Assembly: GCA_965237955.1 (NCBI GenBank) | Contig: OZ250169.1 | Coordinates: forward strand, 416,001-480,000 | Length of the DNA: 64,000 nt | From: Candidatus Marinacidobacterales bacterium | GTDB lineage: Bacteria > Acidobacteriota > Vicinamibacteria > Marinacidobacterales > SMYC01 | Direction of reading: 5' to 3' | Shown here: one piece after another, positions 1 through 11,235 of the stretch | How the letters are laid out: each line of letters starts with the position of its first letter | Position numbering within the stretch: the stretch's first letter is position 1 | The notes under the pieces: model-generated | What the model was told of the DNA's origin: nothing | Database searches by the model: none | Seen by the model: the letters and a program-made list of their open reading frames with translations, nothing else | Position numbers and translations under genes: made by a program

Positions 1-1
1 C

Positions 2-424
2 TACGGCGGAGCGCTGCGTACCGGCTTCGATGCGGCCCGAGGGCGTCTCGTCTTCTACACGGACGCGGACAATCAGTTCGATCTTCGCGAGCTATCCGAG
101 TTCCTCCCTTTGATGGAGAGCCAGGACGCCATTCTGGGTTATCGAGTCGGGCGGCAGGACGGTGGATTCCGCCTCTTCGTCTCCAACGGGTACAACGCTC
201 TCGCGTCGCTCGCCTTTGGGATGTCGGTCAGGGATTTGAACTGCTCGTTCAAGCTCTTCCGCCGCGAAGCCCTGACCTCGCTCCACCTCCAGGAAGACTA
301 CTTCTTCATCGATACCGAAATCGTGGTCCAGCTTCACCGGGCTGGATTCCGCTACGTTCAGAAAGGCGTTCGCCACTACCCCCGCACGGCGGGGAAGTCG
401 ACGGTCGGCCCAACCGACGTTCCC
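2..424 (+). pseudogene. Glycosyltransferase family 2 (DPM1-like), C-terminal part; runs off the window and is cut at 425 by a mobile element end
   Basis: Frame from base 2 reads YGGALRTGF...VFYTDADNQFD...DLNCSFKLFRR...IDTEI...HYPRTAGKS (DxD and D-x-x-x-x-FK motifs); the last 17 aa of the listed ORF come from the element end. Confidence 0.85.
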
Positions 425-769
425 CGTCCTGTGCCAAAACTCGGCCCTTTTGAAATAGACCGCAAATCAACAGCTTAGAGGCCCTTGGAATCCGCGCAGA
501 ATCCAGGGTATTTCGCGCCGCAGGGCTGGCTTCCGACCCCTGGGCTGCGGGTGGCGGGCGACAGGCCCACCGGGGGTGCGCACGGCCGGCTCAAATCGGC
601 TGCGGGGCGAGCTTGCAGGCAACGAACTACGCACCCGGAAGGAATACGTATCCGACCGCGATGCCGGATTCAAGCAGCCCTTGGAAAGGTGCAAACTGCT
701 GACCCGCTGGGCGTTCGAGTATTTTGACCAGACGGGATGTCGTGGCTGTCCGAGTTTTGGCACAGGACG
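425..769. mobile_element. Non-autonomous element (MITE-like), 345 bp, with 20-bp perfect terminal inverted repeats
   Basis: CGTCCTGTGCCAAAACTCGG at 425-444 and its reverse complement at 750-769; same terminus as the rve element ending at 34017; no TSD seen. Confidence 0.8.
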
Positions 770-780
770 CCGTCGGAACG

Positions 781-1566
781 TGTCAACGACATTGAGACAC
801 CCGCGTGTTGCATTTAGTGAGCCTCGATTGGTGTCGCCGGGCTCATGACGACGTCGCGGTCTACGTCCGCTTCGACCGCGAACGCGCCACAAGGAGTGGA
901 AACAGGGGGTAGCTCAGGTATGGACCACCCCGAGCAAGTCGCTGTTTCAGCCTCCTGGTGCGTTTGTTTTTTCCGGCGGAGGGTTGATCCAGGCCTGAGG
1001 GGGCAAAACGGGAGGTTGAGGAGTTCCGCGAACGAATCGTTCGGGGTGAGCCCGCTGAGCTTGGACGAGGGTCTGGCGTCGAGCCGAGGTGAGTTTTTCC
1101 GCGCGCCCATGATGAACGACGGCTGGAGTCATGAGACCGATTCCCGAGTGCCGGTGTTCGTGGTTGTAGTAGCCGAAGAAGTTACGGCAGAACAGGCGAG
1201 CATCCTCGATGGAACCGAAACGCTGCGGGAACTGAGGGCAATACTTCAGCATCTTGAATTGAGACTCGGAATAGGGATTGTCGTTCGAGACATGAGGTCG
1301 CGAGTGAGTCTTGGTCACGCCGAGGTCGGCTAGGAGCAAGGCTACGGGCTTGCTTTGTATCGAGCTGCCGCGATCCGCGTGGAGGGTGAGCTCACCCGGT
1401 TCAATGTCCTGCTTGCGACAGCTCTCGGCGATGAGGCGGCGTGCGAGCTCGGCACTTTCGCGGTGAGCCAGCATCCAGCCCGTCACGTAGCGGGAGAAGA
1501 TGTCGAGGATGACGTACAGGTAGTAGTAGGTCCACTTGACGGGGCCACGAAGCTTCGTGATGTCCC
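781..1566 (-). mobile_element. IS3-family remnant: orfB C-terminal part (stop at 947) and right end
   Basis: DITKLRGP..YYLYVILDIFSRYVTGW..LHADRGS..SNDNPYSESQFK..YNHEHRHSG integrase core; TGTCAACG end at 781; 5' part missing. Confidence 0.8.
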
Positions 1567-2550
1567 TCACTCCATCGAGTAGGTGAGGCCCCACTGGCCT
1601 CGGATCCGGTCCGCGAGATGCATGAGAGCCAGGGACTCATCGAGGGGCATCACGGCGCTCTCTTTGTCGCCTGCCCGCAGGCAACGACCGACCTCGTCCG
1701 CCTCGTAGTTATAGCCGTTCCCCCGCAGGGGTAACTCGACCAGTTCCTGATTACGGCCACGGCTCACGGTGAGGCCGGCGCTCTTGAAGAAGGGGCTGTG
1801 GAGGCGAATCGAGCCGTCCGTACCGAAGAGTGTGGCCTCGACGGTGGTGCGGGTGCGTACAGCGCAGGAGAGCACGGCGAGTTCGCCTCCGGCATACTTG
1901 AGTAGCACCGCGGACTGCTCGTCGACGCCCGTTTCACCGAGCTGGGCGGTGGACACGACCTCCTGCGGTTTCGGGCCCAGGACCATGCTCGCGAGGGACA
2001 GGACATAGATACCGACGTCGAGGAGGGCGCCTCCACCAAGGGCCTTGTTGAAGAGTCGTGACTCGGGATTCATGCTGGCACGGAAGCCGAAGTCGGCCTG
2101 CACCATTCGCACGTCACCGATCGCGCCCTCGGCAATGAGTTCGCGCGCACGGACCACGGCGGGGATGTAGCGCGTCCACATCGCTTCCATCAGGAACATT
2201 CCTTGCTTGCGGGCCACGCCGATGACCGTCTGAGCCTGCTCGGCGTTCATGGTGAAGGGCTTCTCGCACAGGACGGCCTTGCCCTGCTCGAGGAGCAAGA
2301 TGCTGTTGTCCTTGTGGAAGGGATGAGGCGTCGACACGTAGACGGCATCAACGTCAGGATCGGCGGCGAGGGCCTCGTAACTGGCGTGGCTCCGCGGGAT
2401 GTCGAACTCGTCAGCGAATGCATCCGCGGTCTCGCCGCTGCGCGAGCCGACGGCGACCAGGGAGACGTCATGGGCGTCGGCGAGACCCTGAGCAAACTGA
2501 TGGGCGATGTTGCCGGTGCCGAGAATGCCCCAGCGGATCGAGTCGGTCAT
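1567..2550 (-). CDS. Gfo/Idh/MocA family oxidoreductase
   Basis: IRWGILGTGNIA Rossmann motif, CEKP, MEAMWTRY, GGGALLDVGIY; ATG at 2550 preceded by AGGAG. Confidence 0.92.
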   Translation of the reverse strand: MTDSIRWGILGTGNIAHQFAQGLADAHDVSLVAVGSRSGETADAFADEFDIPRSHASYEALAADPDVDAVYVSTPHPFHKDNSILLLEQGKAVLCEKPFTMNAEQAQTVIGVARKQGMFLMEAMWTRYIPAVVRARELIAEGAIGDVRMVQADFGFRASMNPESRLFNKALGGGALLDVGIYVLSLASMVLGPKPQEVVSTAQLGETGVDEQSAVLLKYAGGELAVLSCAVRTRTTVEATLFGTDGSIRLHSPFFKSAGLTVSRGRNQELVELPLRGNGYNYEADEVGRCLRAGDKESAVMPLDESLALMHLADRIRGQWGLTYSME

Positions 2551-2562
2551 GTCTTCTCCTTT

Positions 2563-2628
2563 CAGCAGCTTAGACACCCTTGGAATCCGCGCAGAATCGA
2601 GGGTATTTCGTGCCGCAGGCCTGGCTTC
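2563..2628 (+). repeat. Partial copy of the internal sequence of the 425-769 element
   Basis: CAGCTTAGA..CCCTTGGAATCCGCGCAGAATC.AGGGTATTTCG.GCCGCAGG.CTGGCTTCC matches about 471-534. Confidence 0.7.
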
Positions 2629-2737
2629 CAAGAAAATCGTGAATCGAATGTCCCCGTGGCCGTATCCTAGCAATTGACGCGGCCACGCGGGTACATCTCA
2701 CCAACACTTGATGGCGGAAACATCTCAAGGAGTAAGG

Positions 2738-3959
2738 TCAGGGCTCCGCCGGCGGCCAAGATTGGCCGGACGCGAGATCGGGGTGACGCAGTTCACGTGT
2801 TGGCCTGCCATGCTCAAGGCGCCACTCCTCGATCTCTCCTAGAAGCATGAGGGCGGATTTTCGACGCTTTGGATCCTGAAGGGTCATTCTGAACAGCCGC
2901 AAGCGCAGCTCGTTTGACGCGCGCGGGTGCTCAGTAAAGACATTGGGATTTTGCCCGTAGGGTCGTCGCTCGACGAAAGCGCTTTCGAGTTGCTCCCAGG
3001 TGCCTTGCGGAACCGGCGAGGGTTTGGCGTCGTCGATAAGGTTCAGACTCGCGGCAAGGGCTTCGGGCGTTCCGAGACAGCCCATGACACTCGAAAGGAC
3101 GTGTCGATTGAGTTCCGGTAGGTCGCGTTCGCACAATTGCTGCAGCCGCGCGGCCACCTCCGGCTTACGCTGGGCCAGTTCTGTGATCCGGGCAACCAGC
3201 ACGTCCTCGCGGTCAGGACGGCGCGTCAGCGCGATTCCGCGGACATCCGGGTCGACAAAACCCAAGAGCAGTTCGCATGCGCGCGGCGTATCGAGCGCGG
3301 CGACCGCGTTGATAAGACTTTCCTCGCATTGCTCGAACGTCTGCGCATCGGAGGCGAGCTCGTACAGAAGATCGATGGCGGCAGCCGAGCGGCTCTCGCT
3401 GAGAGCGGTGATAAGCTCGCACAGTTCGTATCCCCAGAACCGCCACTTTCGGAGCACATCACGAACCTTGGCGATCCCTGCTGCAGGGTCGTCAACGAAG
3501 GGGCAGAGCGCGAGGATGCGACGCAGAAGGTCTTTATCTGAATCCTGCATCCACCCCTCTGTCCGCTCAAGGATGGAATCAGCCAGAGCGAACGCGGTGG
3601 TCGCGGGCAAAACGCCACCAGCCATCAACAAGCGCTCGGCGGCGGCGAGACAGACGTATTGATCCCATTGGCCTGGCATGGCAATCACGTCGAGCACCGC
3701 TGCCGCAGAACCGCGGCCGTCAATGGCGGCAAGCGCATTTGCGAGCTCTTTCAGGCCGGCGGCTGATTTCCCGTCTTCATTCTGCTCTCGCAGGCGTTTG
3801 ATTTCGGCTTTGAGTGCGGCGACGAACCGTGTGCGTCGCTGGTTGTTGCCGGATGGCGGCGTACGGTCTTCGCGCGCGGCCCACATCAAATCGTAGCGGA
3901 ACGTCATGTCGAAGGAGCGCTCCGGCTTTGGCACGAAGTCTTGCGCCATCGCAGCCGCG
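2738..3959 (-). pseudogene. C-terminal alpha-helical part of a large protein (possibly NACHT/STAND-associated), 5' end removed by IS6
   Basis: About 400 aa Leu/Ala-rich frame ending WRLEHGRPTRELRHPDL; the listed N-terminus lies inside the IS6 IR; family assignment is from memory only. Confidence 0.5.
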
Positions 3960-4765
3960 GGTATTGTCAAATTGAGCTGGTGACTGACAGAATGGTCCAA
4001 TGAAGACCGATGCGCCAAGCTACCACGGCTATCGATTTCCACCGGAAATCATCAGCCACGCCGTCTGGCTCTACCACCGATTCTGCGTGAGCTTTCGAAA
4101 CGTCGAGGAGTTGCTCGCTCAGCGAGGCATCACGGTTTCTTACGAAGCGGTCCGACTGTGGTGCATAAAGTTCGGGCCGGAATACGCTCGACGACTGAAG
4201 CGTCGGCAGGGTCGTCTCGGTGACACATGGCACCTGGACGAGGTCTTCATAAAGATACAAGGTGAACGCCAATACCTCTGGCGCGCGGTAGACCAAGATG
4301 GTGATGTAATCGATATCCTCGTCCAGCCTCGCCGTGATCAGAAAGCCGCCAAACGATTCTTCCGCAAGCTGTTGAAGGGGCAAGGCCGTCCGCCCTGGCA
4401 GCTGGTCACCGACAAACTGAGAAGCTACAGCGCCGCTCACCGCGAGGTCATGCCGTCCGTCGTCCACGACACTGACCAGTACAGAAACAACCTAGCCGAA
4501 GTCTCGCACGAACCGACGCGACAACGGGAACGACAGATGCGGAAGTTTAAAGCTCCTGGGCAGGCGCAACGATTCTTGACCGTGCATGGACTCGTGCAAA
4601 ATATCTTTCGCGTCGGACGGCATTTGTTGCAAGCGCATCATCATCGGGAGCTACGAGACCGCGCTTTCATCGTCTGGCAGGAGGTAACCTGTGCCGTCCG
4701 ATGAGAGCAAAGGAAGTCAGCTCGACGCGATAGGTTCGCTCGCTCAACGTCAACTTGACAATACC
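3960..4765 (+). mobile_element. IS6-family element; transposase at 4000-4704
   Basis: IRs GGTATTGTCAA / TTGACAATACC; YRFPPEII, WHLDEVF, YLWRAVDQDG, VTDKLRSY, NNLAEVSH; no TSD. Confidence 0.93.
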
Positions 4766-4781
4766 AGTCAAAGGATATAAT
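4755..4781 (+). promoter_or_regulatory. Putative hybrid sigma70 promoter upstream of the CotH gene (-35 from the IS6 IR, -10 from the flank)
   Basis: TTGACA 4755-4760, 15-bp spacer, TATAAT 4776-4781. Confidence 0.5.
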
Positions 4782-4804
4782 TCACTAATGATCCGGAATT
4801 ATGG

Positions 4805-6838
4805 ATGTCACTATTTCGGGCTTCTTCGCGGAAGCCACTTCGGATCTGTTTAGTGAAGCCGATTCTCCTGCTCCTCGTCGCCTGCGCCGCGTTTCTGTCG
4901 CCGGGGCCCGCGGCAGCGGAGAAAGTCAAGGACACGCGCTTCAAGTATCGACGCGGGTTCTACTCGGCACCTTTCCTCCAGCTCGTTCGATCGAAGACCC
5001 CGGGTGCGAAGGTCCGATATACGACGGATGGCAGCGCCCCCAGCGAGACTCACGGGCTCGGGGACTCGAACCCCGTTGCCGTCCGCATCGAGACGACGAC
5101 GACGCTCCGCGCCACAGCCTACAAGGAGGGGTTGGAGCCGACCAACGTCGACACCCAGACCTACATTTTTATCGCCGATGTCTTGAAACAGCCACGCGAG
5201 ATCGAAGGCTACCCCATCATCGATATCGAGGGACGTGCGGGCTGGGTGCAGATGGACTACGGAATGGATCCGGCGATCGTCAATCACCCGGCTTATCGCG
5301 ATGAGATCGCACCGGCACTGAAGTCCATACCCACGATATCGATCGTGACCGACAAGGAGCACCTGTTCCGGCAGGTGATGACGCCCGACGGTCGCCGGCA
5401 TGACTACGAGAAAAGCGGCGTGTATTTCGGCAGACCTGGGGTCGGCACGACGCGGCCCGCCTCGGTGGAGCTGATTTATCCCGGACAGCCCGGCAGGGGG
5501 TTTCAGATCGATTGCGCCCTCCAGCCCCACGGCACGTACAGCGCCAAGCGGGCCTTGAGGCTGAAATTCCAGAAAGAGTACGGCCCCGGCAAGCTCGAAT
5601 CGTCCATCTTCAGAGATGCGCCACTGAACGGTGATTCTGCGATCACGGAGTTCGACCGCATCGTATTGCGCTCGGGAAACACGCGTTCCTGGGCGAAGCA
5701 AGATCCTGCTCACGTCACCTTCACTCGCGACCAGTGGTTTCGCGACTCCCAGATCGCGATGAGTGGCGTCGGGTCTCACGGCACCTTTGTGCACTTGTAC
5801 CTCAACGGTCTCTATTGGGGGCTCTATAACGCCGTCGAGCGTCCTGATGCGTCGTTTACGTCTGGTCATCTCGGTGGAGAGAGAGGGGACTGGCATGCTG
5901 TGAGTCATCACGGCACCCTCTCCGGCGACAGCCGCCGCTGGGACTATCTGCGCGGGGAGCTGAAGAACAAAGACATGCGCGATCCGGAGAACTACCGCGA
6001 GCTGACGGAGTATCTCGACGTCACCCAGTTCTCCGACTACTTGATCCTTGCCTGGTACGGGAGGCTGGACGATTGGGCGCCGGACAGAAACTGGTACGCC
6101 GGGCACCGTACCCAGCCCCCCGAGCCGGCCCTGTTTTTCATGTGGGACACCGAGTACAGCTGGAACGCGGGTCCTGAGCCCTCGGCGTTAATCCACAAGT
6201 TTTTTCGCCCCGATGCGTTCTCCAAATCCCCGGGAATGATTGGAATCTGGCACTCTCTTACGCGGAATCGCGATTTCATGACGCTGTTCGCGGATCGCGT
6301 GAATAAACACTGTTTCCACGGTGGCGCGCTCACGGACGAGAGCTCGATCGCTCGCTGGCGGCGCCTCGTTGATGTCATCGATTCCGCCGTCATCGCCGAG
6401 TCAGCACGCTGGGGAGATACGCTGGCGCCTGTCGGACAGCCGACGCAAACGCGTGACAGAAGCTTTCGAGTCGAAGTCGAGCGTGTCATCCGCATGATGA
6501 CCGGCAACGCCGAGCATTTCATCAACGTCTTGAGACAAGCAGGCTACTACCCCACGAGCGATCCCCCCGAGATAGACGGAGCCGAGGGTGGGGATGCACA
6601 ACCGCGCGCGGTCAATCCGAATCGCGCCGGCGTCATTTACTACACCCTCGAAGGAACCGATCCACGATCGCCGGGCGGTGCAGTCGCACCGTCAGCCCTC
6701 ACCGTCGTGGATGGCGGCGCCATCGAGGCGGAAGCAGGACAAGTGCTCAAGGCGCGCATCCGCACCGACGACGAGTGGAGCGCGCTTCATGAAACCGCCA
6801 TAAGTGGCCGCTGGACGCTGAACAATCTGTCGAAATAG
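4805..6838 (+). CDS. Secreted CotH-family kinase-like protein with chitobiase/Fn3-associated domains (likely start GTG 4853)
   Basis: Signal peptide KPILLLLVACAAFLSPGPAAA; YTTDGSAP and YYTLEGTDP repeats; FVHLYLNGLYWGLYNAVER, DW..NWY, WDTE, AESARWGD. Confidence 0.85.
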   Translation: MSLFRASSRKPLRICLVKPILLLLVACAAFLSPGPAAAEKVKDTRFKYRRGFYSAPFLQLVRSKTPGAKVRYTTDGSAPSETHGLGDSNPVAVRIETTTTLRATAYKEGLEPTNVDTQTYIFIADVLKQPREIEGYPIIDIEGRAGWVQMDYGMDPAIVNHPAYRDEIAPALKSIPTISIVTDKEHLFRQVMTPDGRRHDYEKSGVYFGRPGVGTTRPASVELIYPGQPGRGFQIDCALQPHGTYSAKRALRLKFQKEYGPGKLESSIFRDAPLNGDSAITEFDRIVLRSGNTRSWAKQDPAHVTFTRDQWFRDSQIAMSGVGSHGTFVHLYLNGLYWGLYNAVERPDASFTSGHLGGERGDWHAVSHHGTLSGDSRRWDYLRGELKNKDMRDPENYRELTEYLDVTQFSDYLILAWYGRLDDWAPDRNWYAGHRTQPPEPALFFMWDTEYSWNAGPEPSALIHKFFRPDAFSKSPGMIGIWHSLTRNRDFMTLFADRVNKHCFHGGALTDESSIARWRRLVDVIDSAVIAESARWGDTLAPVGQPTQTRDRSFRVEVERVIRMMTGNAEHFINVLRQAGYYPTSDPPEIDGAEGGDAQPRAVNPNRAGVIYYTLEGTDPRSPGGAVAPSALTVVDGGAIEAEAGQVLKARIRTDDEWSALHETAISGRWTLNNLSK

Positions 6839-6864
6839 ACCACGGGGCAATCCAAGGACGAGGC

Positions 6865-7949
6865 GGCGTTGTTGCACGGCCCGGAGCAAATCGCTGACCT
6901 CCCTGTGCCGGTTGCAGAGTCACCCGGCGCAGTACGTATCGGGCATCCCGAGCGCAGCCATCTTGTTGAGTATCTCGCACCCAATTCGGTGTTCAACTCG
7001 TTGCCTCGCCAACGTTCGAGCCCGCATCTCCGGCCCGATGATCGCCTTGTAACGATAGACCGCGTTCTCCACCATGCTTCGCTTGGTGTAGCCTGAGAGC
7101 TTGTACCATTCACGTCGGCCGTGTCTTTCGATTGCACGAATATGGCGATCGCGCTCCTGCATGGCGGTGTTCGAATTCTGACTGAGCGTCGCGTTTCGTT
7201 GCGGCGGAATCACCACGCGCGTCCTTCGTCCAGGACTGTGCGCTTCGATGGCTTCGTAGACCGCTTCCTTGTCGTATGCACTGTCCGCCGCCACCGACAC
7301 TAGAGGTGCTTGAATCTGTGTTAGCAAAGCGGGGACTCGGGTTGCGTCGCGAGCTCGTGACGCCGTCAGTTTGGACGCAACAATGTTCCCTGTCTCGCGA
7401 TCAACGGCGATGTGCAACTTGCGCCATGCGCGCTGCTTTGGCGGTTTGCGAGCGTTTCCAACATGAATCCTCAAGCCCGTGCTATCGATCATCAGGTGGA
7501 TGGGTTGAGTGCTCGCGGCTTTCGGAATCCGCAGCTTCTTGCGGAGCAACCTCGAGCGCCGACACAACGTCGAGTAGTCCGGGATCTCGATACCGAGTCC
7601 GAGAAGCGAGGCGATCGAGTGCAAGAAGCCTTCGGTTTGTCGGTAGGCGAGCTTGTACACCATCCGGACAACCAGGCCCGTTTCAATCGCCATGTCTGAA
7701 TAGACCCGTTGACCGCCAGGCTTACCGGTCTTGTCGGCCTTCCAGTTCGCGATTGCCTCCTCGTCAAACCAGACTGTCAAATCGCCCCGGCGGCGCAGCC
7801 CTTCGTTGTATTCCGCCCAGTTGCGAACGTGGTACTTCTTCTGCTTCGCGTGCTTGTACTGGCAGCGCTTGGGATACTTCATGCTCGAACATACCTCGGC
7901 CACCACCATAGGCGGAATTCGCTCTCAGCCAGAGCGGTGCAACAACGCC
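6865..7949 (-). mobile_element. IS5-family (IS903-like) element; transposase at 6920-7909
   Basis: IR GGCGTTGTTGCA; NWAEYNEGLRRRGDLTVW, IDSTGL, WRKLHI, ADSAYD, GYTKRSMVE; flanks not duplicated. Confidence 0.93.
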
Positions 7950-7950
7950 G

Positions 7951-9015
7951 GTGAAGGCCGAGGCGGACCGTCTGAGACTGCGTACCAAGCAACGCTTCAC
8001 CGCGGATGGAACCCGAACGGGCGGGCTGCCGTTCCGTCGCGGACACCTCCACTGCCTGCTGACCAATCCTCTCTACGCCGGCCGCATCCGGCACCAGAGG
8101 CGTGTCTACGAGGGCCAGCATCCATCGATCATTGCTCCGGAGCTCTGGGACGCGGTCCAAACGCAGCTGCAGGCAGGGGCTGCCAAACCAAGGAGACGCA
8201 TGACGAAGGGCCGTGCAGCCCGTTCCCCACTGGCAGGCAAGCTCTTCGACGAGACCGGGGACCGGCTGACGCCGAGCCACACCAAAAAGAAAAACGGGCA
8301 ACGGCTCCGCTACTACGTCTCCCGGCGCCTCATCCAGCACAGTGGCCAAAAGGACCTCTCCGGCTGGCGACTGCCCGCCCCGATGCTGGAACAGACCGTC
8401 GTGCATCTCATCCGACAGCATGCGGATGCCACGACCTTCTCGGCCTCGTTGATCCACACTCCGACGATGCAAGAGCTCGCCTCGGTGCGTCGCTTTTTAG
8501 ACGGGCTGTGTTCCGATACTAATAATGATGATAGTGCCTCGGCAGCCCCCCTGCTCCGTCTCATCCGGCGGGTCGATATCAGCCCCGGCTCTGTGTCCAT
8601 CCTGCTCGACCGCAATACGTTCGCTGCTTGCCTCTCTATGGGGCCCGAGCGCATTCGCGAGGATGCACTCCGCATCCTCGCACCGTTCCGCTTGCGTCGA
8701 CGCGGCGTCGAGACCAAGCTCGTTCTGGGCAACCCCACGAAATCCGTCGACCGCACACTCCTGCGCAATATCGCCAACGCCCTCTCCTGGCTCAACCGAA
8801 TCAAAGCAGGCAAAACCTATGAGCAGATTGCCACCGAAAACGCCATCCCAACGGACCGCGTGCGCAAGGCAATCCGTTATGCCTTCCTGGCTCCCGACAT
8901 CGTCCGCGCCATTGTCGAAGGCCGCCAGCCCGTTGGGCTGACCTCGAGCTACCTCTTGCATCATCCGCTTCCCGACGATTGGGAGAAACAGCGAGTGCTC
9001 GTCAAAACGCTGTGA
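7951..9015 (+). pseudogene. Large serine recombinase, C-terminal part; catalytic N-terminus removed by IS5
   Basis: LLTNPLYAGRI, GQHPSII..ELWDAVQ, PLAGKLFDETG..LTPSH, RYYVS, AFLAPDIV..I.EGRQP, LPDDWEKQR. Confidence 0.85.
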
Positions 9016-9678
9016 GCCTCCAGCGCCCACTTCGTGAATGGCCTCGGTTAGCAGCAAGCTGCTCTCCGACACTGGCCTCCACCAATCAGCCTCAAACTGG
9101 CCCAAATTCCCTTTTCCAGACTCGGATAGCTCCTTGTACTGGACCGTCTGCGGAGTCATCTTCGTTTCCTCCGTAAAACTCCGCTGGATGAATTCGAGGT
9201 TTGGCCAATTCGAATTCCACTATTCGCCCTCTCCTCAGGCGCGATCTAGGCATTGAGCGTCTTCTCATTGTCTGCGCGATTAAGTGCAAAAAACGACACC
9301 ATAAGCCCCAAAATCGCACAAAATTGCACGCTAAGGGCCTCTTTTGCTCTGTTTCTGATCGTTTTTAGCCTAGAACCAGAAGCTCCAGTCGCCCCCACTC
9401 GAGCCTGCCGACTGCGATAGCCGGAAAGGTGTTCCCGTCGACGAACATTCGCTGATGAGACGTAAAGCCGTTTATAACAATGCGTATTCCGGGGCATCGT
9501 GAACGCAGATTCCAGCCGAAGGTGAACATCCATTCCAAAGCATCGTGAACACGGATTCCGGGGAAGGTGAACACGGATTCCAGGCAACGTGAACGCCGGT
9601 TCCGGCATCGCGAACGCTCATCGATAGCACGTTTCAAGGCAACTCTAGGTCGTACCCGGAAGGAGGACGATCTAGGAA

Positions 9679-11235
9679 ATGGCAGCTAAGAGGTTATCGA
9701 TGAGAAAAATACGAGAGGTTCTAAGGTTAAAGTACGAGCTGGGTTTTACTCACCGCATGATCGCAAAGGCACTTCGCGTGGCGGTTGGAACGGTGAGTGA
9801 GTACCTGGCCAAGGCGAAGAAGGGTGGTCTGAGCTGGCCGCTCCCGGAGGAGCTGAGCGACGGGGAGCTGGAGGCAGGGCTGTTTCCGCCGCCGGGCTCG
9901 TCTGGCGCACGGCCGGGTCTGGACTATGCCCACATCCACGAGGAGCTGAGGCGTCACCGAGAGATGACGTTGCTGCAGCTGTGGGTGGAGTACGCGGAGA
10001 ATAAGCCGGGAGCGTACGGCTACAGCCGTTATTGCGAGCTGTACGGTCAGTGGAAGAAGAAGCTGAACCCGACGATGCGTCAACGGCATCGAGCAGGCGA
10101 GAAGACATTTGTCGATTTTTCGGGGAAGAAGCCTCACATCGTCGATCCGAAAACGGGAGAGCTCGTCGAAATGGAGCTGTTCGTCGGGACGTTGGGCGCG
10201 AGCAGTTACACCTACGTCGAAGCGACACTGAACCAGTCGCTGGAATCGTGGGCGAAGGCCCATAAGGGGATGTCGGATTACTTCGGTGGCAGTACGGAGA
10301 TCTGGGTTCCGGACAACTTGAAGAGCGGCGTGGATTTGGTGGACCGTTACGAGCCAGGGATCAACCGGACGTACGAAGAGCTGGCGACGCATTACGGTGC
10401 GGTTGTGGTCCCGGCTCGGGTGTTCAAGCCGAAAGACAAAGCGAAGGTGGAGTCGGCAGTGCAGGTGGCGCAGCGCTGGATCCTGGCGGTGCTTCGTCAT
10501 CGCACGTTCTTCAGCCTGGCGGAACTGAACGAAGCCATCTGGGAGAAGTTAGAGGTCCTGAATGCGCGTCCGATGCAGAAGCTCGGTGTGAGTCGGCGGG
10601 AGTTGTACGAAAGGCTAGACCGGCCCGTACTGAAACCGCTACCGCAGGAGAGCTACGAGTTATCGACGTGGAAGCGGTGCAGAGTGAACATCGACTACCA
10701 CGTGGAGGTGGAGAACAACTTGTACAGCGTTCCCTATCAGCTCATTCACGAGAAAGTCGAGGCACGGGTGACGGCCTCGGTGGTGGAGGTCCTGTTCAAG
10801 GGAAAGCGCGTCGCGTCGCATCCCCGCAAGAAAGGAAAGGGGCACTACTCCACGAACCCGGAGCATATGCCACGTTCGCATCGGGAGCACCTGGAGTGGA
10901 CGCCGTCGCGGCTGCTCCACTGGGCGGAGCAGTCAGGTCGCGCCACGGGAAGGCTGGTTGCGGGGATTCTAGAGAGTCGGCCTCACCCGGAGCAGGGATT
11001 TCGCTCTTGCCTGGGAGTCATGCGACTAGGCAGCCGCTGGGGCAGTGAGCGTCTCGAGGCCGCTTGCGCACGAGCGGAAGCTTTGAGCTCTTACAGCTAT
11101 CGCACGGTGAAAAACATTCTCTCGGCTGGTCTAGATCGTGTGGTGCTCGAATCGGACGCCGAAGCGAAACCGCGAGAGGAGCACGAGAACATCCGAGGCG
11201 CGGATCACTACGAAGGAGGAGAGTCCCGATGCTGA
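9679..11235 (+). CDS. istA: IS21 transposase
   Basis: FVDFSG, VPDNLKSGV, KPKDKAKVE (DDE), YSVPYQL. Confidence 0.95.
   Translation: MAAKRLSMRKIREVLRLKYELGFTHRMIAKALRVAVGTVSEYLAKAKKGGLSWPLPEELSDGELEAGLFPPPGSSGARPGLDYAHIHEELRRHREMTLLQLWVEYAENKPGAYGYSRYCELYGQWKKKLNPTMRQRHRAGEKTFVDFSGKKPHIVDPKTGELVEMELFVGTLGASSYTYVEATLNQSLESWAKAHKGMSDYFGGSTEIWVPDNLKSGVDLVDRYEPGINRTYEELATHYGAVVVPARVFKPKDKAKVESAVQVAQRWILAVLRHRTFFSLAELNEAIWEKLEVLNARPMQKLGVSRRELYERLDRPVLKPLPQESYELSTWKRCRVNIDYHVEVENNLYSVPYQLIHEKVEARVTASVVEVLFKGKRVASHPRKKGKGHYSTNPEHMPRSHREHLEWTPSRLLHWAEQSGRATGRLVAGILESRPHPEQGFRSCLGVMRLGSRWGSERLEAACARAEALSSYSYRTVKNILSAGLDRVVLESDAEAKPREEHENIRGADHYEGGESRC

Noticed and set aside
4850-6106. Long antisense ORFs (also 36498-37526, 57145-58188, 60372-61550)
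   Set aside because: Shadows of real genes in GC-rich DNA, with no recognisable motifs
9495-9620. Tandem ~22-bp repeats as a mini-CRISPR
   Set aside because: No spacers; these are the normal IS21 terminal binding repeats
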